Shown here one piece after another: positions 12,540 through 22,508 of a DNA stretch of 64,000 nt. The notes under the pieces are model-generated. The model did not search any database and was not told where the DNA came from. It saw nothing but the letters and a program-made list of their open reading frames with translations. Source of the DNA: Lobosporangium transversale (taxonomy: Eukaryota); assembly GCF_002105155.1 (NCBI RefSeq), contig NW_019028992.1, positions 372,001 through 436,000 on the forward strand, given 5' to 3'. The translations under genes and the position numbers were made by a program. The stretch's first letter is position 1. The number at the start of each line of letters is the position of its first letter.

Positions 12540-13893
12540 GCAGAGGAATCTTCCGTGAGTTTGTACTTTGCAGGTCTCTCCTGCCTCTCAATTTGAGCAA
12601 GACCGATTCTTGCGATGTTTTCCGCTCCTATTGCGTCACGGTCGAAGGATACCTTACAAGCACGGCAACATTTAGAGCGAGGGTACACCGTCTCTAAAAA
12701 GCTATCGCAGAGGGGTCGGGGACAGCGGGCGCTGGTGTAAAATCTGTGCGACCCTACAGCGAAGTGTCCTCGTGCTTTGACCTAAGTGTCTCAAATGGCA
12801 GTCGTTTATCGGCAAGGGCTCTATGGCTTTCCAGCTTTTCTTATTTTTTAAAAAAAGTCATGTCTCGTTATAACAGTGTGCTTGCTGGAAACTCCTTTAT
12901 TACTTTCAAAGGGCCCTAGGCCTACGACAAGCATTCCTTTTTCCCCGAGCATCTTCAACACTCGCTGCACCGCGTAGTCGAACGTAGCTCGTTGAACCTC
13001 TCGTAAGTTCCATTTTTTTAGGTGCCATCGGAACTCATAGAACTCTTGAAGCACATCCAAATTCTTTGATCCTGTCTGGGACTCCTCGTTCACCCATTGA
13101 AAGTACTCATTGTACGTATCCCTTTCAAACACAGGGATGGCGCTCTCATCTCAATCATTCCTTTTTCACGCTTCCTTTTGTTCAACAGGTGATTGAAGCG
13201 GAGGACGGGAAGGTACAGGAACCTGCTTCTCACCTTCACCGTTTGTCGCAAGTTAGGGTTGTGAGGGTCCAGCGAGGAAAACCTAAAGGCGTTAACAATA
13301 CCAGGATCGCATCTGACGATAGTTGTGGTGTTTGCGGATGGGCATCGCTCTGGTTCGTTGAATGTGAGCTCAACGTTTTCAAGCAGTTTGGAGCTCCTCT
13401 TCCAGTTTAAGTTTGCGTAGTCTTCATCTGTCAGGTCTTCACCGGCTGCCTTTGAACACGTCGTGTTGAGAAATCCCTGAGAAAGCTCCAGTTCTTGGCT
13501 GGAGTCTTCTTCATCTACATCAGACTGCCGCTGTCTCGTCGTCTGGGTTGTGTCATAGGCGAGTAGATTCAAAACAAGGCCGTTAGTAGAAATCGTTCCT
13601 TTGAGGTTGAACCGAGTTATATCTTTGTCCTGCGACTGCAGGGATACTTTGTCTCGATATCCATGAACCATGCGATCACCTCCAATCTCACAAAAGAGAG
13701 CCTGTATCAAAACTCCTTTTGTTCCCTGTACACATTCAAACATTGCAGTCTTGGAAGGATTGTCGAGAGGCAGAATACGCTCCAGTAGCTGCTTGGTATC
13801 TTCGTTCGCCCAGAGGATGTCAACTAGGGCGTGTTCAGACAGATACACATACCCCGGGTGACCAGAAGGTTGTAGAGAAGTCTGAGTATATTT
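12540..13893 (-). mobile_element. Decayed Fanzor (eukaryotic TnpB-family RuvC nuclease) gene, C-terminal ~430 codons
   Basis: In order: GTISTNG, RuvC-I IVRCDPG, VVGLGPF, RuvC-II position GSHRFYTS followed by CPRPLC, CRAC zinc-finger half, RuvC-III DRDAIGAENIARI, then ERP. Frameshifts near 13130 and 12855. Confidence 0.8.
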
Positions 13894-13966
13894 TCACTCT
13901 TTTGTTCTCCCGCAAAAAAACTCAATGTCGCTCATATCTTCATTAATTTTCTTGACATCGAACTAG

Positions 13967-13998
<32 letters not shown>

Positions 13999-14325
13999 GA
14001 ATAGAGAGCATTTGATCGCAGAATATGCATGAAAATACTCTACTCAAGGTTATACCATTGCGTTCCTGTAGTGCTACCTCAAGTAAAGCTCGGTTTCTTC
14101 AAGTGAAAGTGAATAGTGTGAATGAATGTGTACGTGAGAATTTTTTTTGCTGGATAAAATATGAAGGCAGAGGAGGAGTAGTCAAAATCACACAGGCTGT
14201 AGACGGCCACCATTTTAGGCACGACTGCCTTACGGCGCGTCCGCTGGCTGGTCAAATGTTTGTGGCACAATCAATTTAATCCCATCCATAAAAATAGCAC
14301 TTCGCGTCGCGAGAAGCAAAAAGAT

Positions 14326-14398
14326 TGGAGAATGAGAGACTTGAACTCCCGACCTTCCGCTTTGGAGACGGACGCGCTGCCAATTGCGCCAATCCTCC
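14326..14398 (-). tRNA. tRNA-Trp (anticodon CCA), intronless
   Basis: GGAGGATTGGCGCAATTGGCAGCGCGTCCGTCTCCAAAGCGGAAGGTCGGGAGTTCAAGTCTCTCATTCTCCA folds as a cloverleaf: acceptor GGAGGAT/ATTCTCC, anticodon stem TCCGT/GCGGA with loop CTCCAAA, T-loop TTCAAGT. A TTTTT Pol III terminator follows 3 nt downstream. Confidence 0.93.
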
Positions 14399-14543
14399 TT
14401 TTTATAGGACTTGTCGTAGAGCATCTACTAGTGATCTCTGGAAACTAGTAGGTAATGATGAAAAATGAAGAATTGGGCAAGAGCCTCGTGGTTTTGGGAT
14501 ACGATAGTGATCCTAAGTAATGCTTTGAATGATTTTGAGGATG

Positions 14544-14667
14544 CTGCAAAAGGGCATCGATAATAAGAAGAGAGATCTTTAATAACTGCTAATTTTCTGA
14601 GAATTCATAATGAGAATAATGAAGATAAACTCACCTGCAAAAGGGCATCGATAATAAGAAGAGAGAT
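14544..14667 (+). repeat. Perfect 33-bp direct repeat (period 91 bp) at the 5' end of the retroelement
   Basis: CTGCAAAAGGGCATCGATAATAAGAAGAGAGAT at 14544-14576 and 14635-14667; diverged third copy begins at 17970. Confidence 0.9.
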
Positions 14668-17600
14668 GCCGTTTTTGCAGTGAAGGAAAAAGCTACTTAA
14701 ATACTATTTAAAAATGGTAGAAAATAGGATGATAGGAAATAAATAAATTGAAAGGAAATACATATTTAGGTAAATGAATAGGCGTCATTTACGACAGACT
14801 GACGTGGAAAGATCTGTCAATGATCCCAAAGATTGACAGAAAATGAACAAAATGATAATAAAAAGTTGGACGAAGTGCCAAAAGATAAATTCATAAATGG
14901 ACAAGCCCAATGCCCAGCTCATCCCAAAGGTGCTGTATAGAATTTCGGCCCAAATGTTGCCACCAAAGTTCCTACAGAAGATGACTGGTAAGTATATGTC
15001 ACTGTGTAAGCGGAAAGCACGTATGCCATCAACTACGCCAAACAGCATTATGAACCACAATAGATTGTATGCCATCAAAGACTTGGCGAACGCTCAAGCG
15101 GAAGAACAAATATCTACCCTGGCGCTTCGACTTAATGACAGCAATGTAATGGGACGGATATGTCGGACACGAGTACTGATGCTGCAGCACAGGAATAAGA
15201 TGGAAGTCTCGCCAACTTTGGAGCCACATCGTGTCAAAAAGTATCGCCACAACTTTATATCGAATGTTTGTGAAGAAATGAAGAATCGTAACATTACTTT
15301 CGACCTATCGATCGCAGCCGAATTTGGTCTCCCACACAACGCTCTCTCGACATGGAAATGGCTAAACGGAGAATTACCACACGTATGCAAGGCGCTCACC
15401 AAGCGTATGGTATACTTTGTGGATCAAATACTTACGGATGATAAGGAGGACATGATCTCATGGCACGCATTCAGGACCCGTTACGGAGGGCCTAAAGTTT
15501 CGCCATTCTGGTTCAACCAACTTCAAAACTTTTGCTTCGACAACGATTATGTGGGTAGACATGCAAGAGAATGGAACAGGAGGAAACTGGCACTCTTAGA
15601 CGTCAGTGATGATGACAGCAACAGCGACAGTAGTTATGTCAGCTCGGTAGACGGGGATACAGAAGACGAAGATCGAGAAGCGATTCGTGCACTCAACCAA
15701 TTCATAAAGGATGAGGCAGCGAACAGAACTTTGACAGTATCACCGGCTAATCAAGCTGTTGAGCCACTAATTGGAATTAAGTGGATTCTAGATCAACAGA
15801 AGGAGCGGAAAAAGAGACGAGAAGCTGTTATGAAAGAGGCGCGCAGAGCAACCAGAGAACATAATCTTAGGCGACAAAGAGCAAAGTTAGATGCCATAGT
15901 CAGAAGAGCAGAACGCCACCAGGACCGAGAGCGAAGGCATGGTGAACGCATGCGAGCCCGCGAAGAAGCGAGGAGACGCCGGACCCAGAACACAAGGAGA
16001 TATGAGGGTCTGAGCGAGCAAGCTCTGCTAAGGAGAGCAAAAGTCGACCTGGATTCCAACGAGACACCGTGCCTAAAAGTGATCCCTGAAGTCAACAGAG
16101 GCCTAGCCAGGGACACAAATGGAGTTATCATTAGCGCCAATACCGAGGAGAAAATCCAACGCCAAAGGGAACGGTACAATACCCAGCCGGGTAATGTCAT
16201 TTATACGGATGGATCTCTCAAAGATATTGGCACTGAAAGAGTAAGTATGGCATTTGGTGTGGTAGTCCAGACACAAGAGGGTGAGTTTTACACTGCGCTA
16301 TCTGGTAGAGTAGCAGGCAACGCATCCTCGACAAAGGCAGAGCTAGCTGGTTTGTTGGCAGGAATACTTATCAGCCCACGAAACAGATCTATGACAATCC
16401 GACTTGATAACAGCGCAGTTGTGACTCAATTCCGAGCATTGGTCCGAGGCAGAGTGGATAGCACGTTGCGACAACGTATTAGATCACCGTATGCAGTATG
16501 GTGGGCAGCTATACACAACGCATTTATTCAACAAGGATCGGAAGTCACGGTCGAGTGGGTCAAAGGACATGCCGGCAACAGAGGGAACGAAGAAGCGGAC
16601 GAAGCAGCAAAACATGGACATTATGGCGAGCTATGGGATATCAACATAACGGAGCATAATGACATGTACTGCCATGCAAAGTTCAACGGTGTACCAGCGG
16701 AAGATGACTTAAGGCAGATCCTTAAGTTACAGTCAACAACTCGTACACATCACACGTGGATCGCTCAGAACAGGACGCAGGAGCATGTTAAGGATTGGAC
16801 AAAAATTGATTGGCGAGCTACTATGAACATTGTTCATGATAGCAACCTACCGAAAGGACTCTTCACCAGCCCAGCGGACTGCCAAAAGCGAGCGCACAGG
16901 ATCAAGAAACTCCATGGAATGTTGCCTACACAGTCATATATGAGACACTGGAGGCCAGACCTTTATGAAGACGGCAACTGCAGAGTGTGTGGGACAGAGG
17001 ATGAAGACACATCGCACATCTGGAGATGTCCAAGGACGATGGAGACTCAGGCCGAGAAGTGGAAGGAGATAATCCAAAATGTGAATGTGATAGGGGAGAG
17101 GACATGGAGGAAAGAGTTGAAAGCAGTGCAGGAGCAAGCACAAAGGGCCAGAGAGAGGTGTAGACCCACCAAGGACAAAAGAGCCAACTTTTACTGCGGC
17201 AGAGGAGGACTACATTTGGAAAACTCTGGAGATGCATATCGATGGTGTGCGAGAAGTACGACGCCATGGTGATAGGAACGGCGATGATGAGGAAGAGAGA
17301 GAGCACACACCAGATTGGTCTGTGCAAGACATTTACCATGGACTTACGCCCAAGTCCATTGCTCAGAGTTGGAAAGTTGGCTTCAAGACAACAACAAGGA
17401 TAGCTACATATATGGCAGGGCGCTTCGTCAAGGCCATAGAGGAATTCGGTCGTACAGAAATCTGGAACAAACGGTGTAAAGTTACTGTTGAATGGGAAAA
17501 GGCTCGTGGAATCACTGCTATGAGCAAACGCGCTAGAGGACGCAACTGTGTTGGGGAGCACAGACGTAGTAGCAATGATTTCCTTGTCCCTTCCCTCAGA

Positions 17601-17937
17601 CAAAGACAGAAGCTGAATGTAAAAGAGATCTACAAGATCGCGGATGACCGAGTCCGGGACAGTTACCTTGGGAAAACCAAACTGGACGTGATGGAGCGGC
17701 TAGGTGGAATGAAGTTTTTGATGACTATGGATAGCGAATAATTTGTCGTGTTGCGCAACAGGCCACGTCGGAAAGGCGGACTTTGAGTACCAACCACGGC
17801 GGTCAGGGTTTATGAAATCATGGATACAGCGGCTCTTGTCGTTGTGCAGTAATAGCTGTATATTGACTATAGTTTCTGGAGCATTTTGTTCATAGAATGT
17901 AGAAAATAAATCCCATGACCCTGAGGGTCCTTGTTAT

Positions 17938-17968
<31 letters not shown>
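14544..17968 (+). mobile_element. Non-LTR retrotransposon with RNase H, lacking ORF1, endonuclease and RT core; poly(A)-tailed
   Basis: ORF 14897-17272 plus frameshifted tail to 17741: post-RT region (NAQLIPKVLYR), RNase H with intact acidic residues (IYTDGS, TKAEL, RLDN, WVKGHAGNRGNEEADEAAK), zinc knuckle CRVC-x8-HIWRC, IWNKRC motif. 3' end is GACCCTGAGGGTC-CTTGTTATC followed by A30 (17939-17968). No YADD-type RT motif seen. Confidence 0.88.
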
Positions 17969-17972
<4 letters not shown>

Positions 17973-18320
17973 CAAAATAGCATCAAAAGTGAAAAGAGGG
18001 ATGCTGTTTTGCAAAGAAGCCAAAGTGATTTAAATATATACTAGGATTGATAAAGGAAATAATGATAAAAGTACTGAATGATGATGGAAATAATGAAGAA
18101 GAGGATACGTAAATAGCAGATTTACGACAGGACTCTATAACATAAACTGAATATACCGAAGAATACCTTTCCACAAGCGCACGCTCCCTAAGTGCATCTT
18201 TTTATGAATTAAGTCATTCTGAACTGTGTAAACAGGGCAACCAATTTCTAGAGTCTATTTCGAACACATCCTCACGACCTCATGGGTCCCAGTTATCAAA
18301 AAAAAAAAAAAAAAAAAAAA
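17969..18320 (+). mobile_element. Short (~350 bp) non-coding, non-autonomous derivative of the same retroelement family
   Basis: Starts with a diverged copy of the 5' module (CCTGCAAAA..GCATC..AAGAG.GATGC.GTTTT), shares ATTTACGACAG about 150 bp in, and ends GACCTCATGGGTC-CCAGTTATC followed by A23 (18298-18320). Confidence 0.7.
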
Positions 18321-18850
18321 GTCATTTTGAAATCCTCACCTCTGTGGGGGGATGGAAGAACGAGGGTGAGGATGCCTACTAGGCTGTCCAAGACTTGTAC
18401 CACGGTTTGGTGCCGAGGGAACTGATACAGAGATGGAAGTCGATCTTCAGAACCACAGTATCGATCTCAAGGTACATTGTTTGCCGCTTTGTCAAGTCAA
18501 TCGAGGAACTCGGCAGGACTGATGTCTGGAACAGACGATGCAAAGTCATCGTCAACTGGGAAAGAGACAATGGCATCACCTCTGTGAGCAAACGCGCCAG
18601 GGGGGCGCAATTGTGTTGAGAAGCACAGACGTAGCAGGGATGAATTCCTTGGCTCTCACCAGGGACAACGACAAGCAGCAGACGTGAAGGCGATCAGGAC
18701 TGGTACAGATCGGCGGGTAGCGACAAGCTACCAGTAGTAGGTGGAATTAGCAGTGATGGAGCGCCTGGAAAGTTGTAAGTTTTTGATGATTGAGGGATTG
18801 TGGCAAAAGGATGACCTTCGCGCACAACAAGCCAAGTAGGGAGTAGAGCC
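18321..18850 (+). mobile_element. Older, decayed 3' fragment of a related non-LTR element
   Basis: YHGLVPRELIQRWKSIFRTT...RFVKSIEELGRTDVWNRRCKVIVNWERDNGITSVSKRARG aligns with the 17232-17741 peptide (YHGLTPKSIAQSWK...RFVKAIEEFGRTEIWNKRCKVTVEWEKARGITAMSKRARG). Stops follow and no poly(A) remains. Confidence 0.8.
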
Positions 18851-19699
18851 ATGCCACAGGTTATCAGGGGACCAATATATCATATTGAAAAATTATATTT
18901 CATCAAACACTGGTTCCTGGAGCTTGATTCCGGCACCAATGGAGAGGGAATACGAGGTCTCACAGCCACTCAAAGTTCAGATAATTCTTCTTAGTCTTGA
19001 GGGCATGTGAAATCCAAAAATCGTCTTAATACAAAAGAAAAGTAAGAAATGTCGGCGTGGAAAATATCTTCACGATGTTAATAATTATACAATACCAAAA
19101 ACAGCATTATTTTCTATCTCTTCTTGCCCATGCCTGCTTGGAGCGATATGCTCTCCAATATGTTGCTACGTTGCTGCTTGGCTGCCTTACTTCTTGTTCT
19201 ACACTGAGCAGTTTTTCCACAAATAAACGATAATCATCACGTATAAGCTTTCCCAGTAAATTAAAATAATTTGGCTTTAAATTAGACTGGTTGAAAACAC
19301 TGGCACTAAAACTAAGCTCTAGTTGCCGGAACATAGGCTGTATACATACAGTACCTTGTACTGTCGCATATAGCGCTCGGATGAAGAGTGAAGGAGTGAG
19401 TGTGAGGAGTGAAATGCTTGTAGAATAGCAAAAAGAGTAATAATTAAACACAAAGGCTCTTCAATGTCGCTCCACAACCTGCAAACATTGGTCATTAATC
19501 AAGCTCAAGCTATTTCATCTAAATTATCATGAATTAGCCTTCTCCTTGGTCTTGAACGGATTGTTTTATTTTTATTTTTGCAACCTACAAGTTAGACGAA
19601 ATTGCCTTTTTTTTTTTTTTTTTTTGCAATGTTCGAGGCGCTAGGACTATTTATTATTTTCGATTATAGGCCTTGATAGGCATGGTTGATACATCAGTG

Positions 19700-21910
19700 T
19701 TACTTTTTCTCTTCAACAACAGTGACAGGGACAGGCTCGGGTACAACGCCAGATGTGACGATGGACTCAGTCTGCACAACTGTCTCCTCAGCAGCTCGCT
19801 CCATTTTGACCTCTTCAGTGTGCGTGGCTGAAACCTCAACGACTTTGCCAGTTCTTAAGATTTTGTTGTCTGATTCCACATCAACTCCAATGGCAGCTAA
19901 GGTTATTGACATAATGTTAATAAAGTTTTAGTGTTAGAAATATGAAGCAAAGCATTACATTGTGTGATAAAGAGTGTTGAATAAGTGTAGTCTTCCTGCC
20001 ACTTACCAGCTTCCTTGGTCAAAGTCTCGATTTCTTCCTTGTCAATCGCACCCTCTGCATCCTATAGTCACAAAGACGCAAGTGAAAGAACATTAGTTAT
20101 AACAATGCAGTAACCCAAACAAACTATTAAGCACGAGGTGGTAGTAAATCTTCTCACATACCTTAGTATCATCTCCCGAGTCAGATCCAGAGGAGGATGA
20201 GGAAGAGTCGGGTTTGTAATCCTCATCTGACTCACCATCCGACTAGACCATTGTAATGTCAGGAATGTTGAGAACAAGGTCGAAAGAAGAGCATATAGAG
20301 AGATAAGTAAAATGGATTGTTCGTTTCAATTAATACTGACATTAAGTACATGCATGCTGAGATTTACAACGAAAACTTACACTGAGATCATCAAGGATAG
20401 TCTTTCCTTCGCTACCAACAGCCACACCGACGGCAGAAGCGGCTTCCTTCTTGGCCTGCTTCTCCTTCAACTTCTTCTCTTCCTTTTCCTGCTTCTCCTT
20501 CAACTTCTTCTCCTTCTTTTCCTGTTTCTCCTTTAACTTCTTTTCTTTCTTTTCTTTCTTCGCTGCCTTCTTTGCCTCGTCATCGCTGTCACTGTCGTTA
20601 CAGTCTTTCTTGATATTGGTCCTGCTGCCGCCAAAAAGACCAAGCCTCTCGAAGAAACCAGGCTTCTTTTCTTTTTGTGCCTTCTTCTTTTCTTTTTCGG
20701 CCTTTTTGGCCTTTTTGGCTTCTTCATCCAGATTCTCGTCGTCGCTGTTAGAGCTGCTAGAGTCCTCACCATCCTTGTCTTTCTTTTCCTTCTTTTCCTT
20801 CTTTCCCTTCTTTTCCTTCTTTTCCTTCTTTTCCTTCTTTTCCTTCTCTTTCTTCTCTTTCTTCTCCTTCTTCTCCTTCAATTTTTTCTCCTTCTTGTCC
20901 TCCTTATCCTTCTTTTCCTCCTTCTTCTCCTCCTCAGATTTTTCGGCCTTCTTGGCTTGGTCACCCAACTGCTCACCCAACTGCTCATCGCCGCAGCTAG
21001 CGCTGCTGGGATCCTCACCTTCTTTCTTGTCCTCCAACAATTCCTTCTCCTCTTTCTCGACATTCTTTACCTTTTTGGCTTCCTCATCCAACTGCTCATC
21101 CTCGCTGTCAGAGCTGCTAGAACTGCTAGAACTGCTAGAACTGCTTGAACTGCTTGAACTGCTAGAGCTGCTTGAGCTGCTGCAACTGCCACTGTCGGAT
21201 TCTTCGCCATCGTTCTTTTCCTTCTTCTCCTTCTTCAGCAGCTTTTTCTTCTCCTTTTCAGCTTTCTTAGCCTTCTTAGCCTCCTCATCTAACTGATCAT
21301 CATCGCTGCCAGAGCCCTCGCTGTCTTTTTTGTCTTTCTTCTCCTTCTTCTCCTTCTTCAACAGCTTTTTCCTTTCTTTCTCTTCCTTTTTAGCCTTTTT
21401 GGCCTCTTCATCCAACTGTTCATCGTCACTGCCAGAGCCGCTGCTAGAACCTTCGTCATCCTTCTTGTCCTTCTTCTCCTTTAGTTTCTTTTCTTTTTTC
21501 TCCAGCTTCTTCTTTTCCTTCTCAGCCTTCTTGGCCTTCTTGGCCTCTTCATCCAACTGTTCGTCATTGCTGCTGGAGCTACCGATGTCATTATCGTCAC
21601 CACATGAGGCCTTGATGTCCTTGGTTTCTTCCTTGGAGAGAATGATTGTTGAGGCGGAAGCACTGCCTGTAACTTGGGAAGACGAAGATGACTCGACTGT
21701 GACTGAGGTGGCGGAGAATTGACGCTCAAACGACGCGGACTGAGTGGTGGTGATAGTCTCAGTGGTGGTAGTGGAGGCTACAGATTCAGTATCGTTGATG
21801 ACGGTAGTGCTGCTGGCGGTCAAGACGGCAGGGTCCTTGACCTCAACAGTTTCGACGGTAGTTTGGACCGTAGAATGGACCTTGGGTTCTGTGCCAATAA
21901 TCTCGGACAT
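19700..21910 (-). CDS. Low-complexity, Lys/Glu/Ser-rich repeat protein of unknown function
   Basis: Exons 21910-20381, 20242-20162, 20061-20007, 19896-19700 join in frame with GT..AG boundaries. T/S/V-rich ends flank repeated DDEQLDEEAKKAKKAEKEKKK modules. Confidence 0.75.
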
Positions 21911-22508
21911 GATTTATTTGAGGTGTGAGTATGAGACAGGGGTTTGTAGAAGTGAGGAGTAAGAGTAAGGTAGATGGTATGGGCGATAAGGTCGGGTGCT
22001 AATAAAAAAGAGGAAAGAAGGGGAATGAGGAAAAGAGCGTCTTTTTTTATACTCCAGGAGTAAAATTGGGTGGCAAGACAGTTGAAGAGAGGTTGTGATT
22101 GGGGTACTATTTTATTGACTGTGAGAAATCTTGAAAGAAGAAGATGGAAAGAGTTTAAAGAAAGCACATGTGTCTGCTTGGATCAAATTGAACGGAGGTA
22201 GTCTATTGGTATAGTTACACAAACACTGGTTGGTACAATCGCTCAGGTCAGCCGAGCACGACTCCTGTCTTCACACACTTTTCTCACTCTCCGAGCATCC
22301 ACAGCTCCACAGCTGAATTGAAAGGTAAACTAAATATAGATTCATAAGATTTTCGGGAAGACGGCACGTCGTGCATTTTATCTTCCTCATACGAAGACGT
22401 ATTATACATGTATTTTAACTGTAACTGCGATATGTATTTGAACACTTGCTATGCCTGGATTTCACCATTTGTTCCCTTGTTAGTCATGTGCTACACAAAT
22501 AAAGTGAG

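Noticed and set aside
14544..14667. CRISPR-like repeat-spacer unit
   Set aside because: Only two exact copies, eukaryotic context, no cas genes; better explained as the retroelement 5' module.
14399..17990. Target-site duplication around the long LINE copy
   Set aside because: No exact short duplication found; the sequence after the poly(A) is a diverged module, not an identical copy.
20451..21722. Long plus-strand Phe/Ser/Leu-rich ORFs
   Set aside because: Antisense shadows of the K/E-rich repeat gene.
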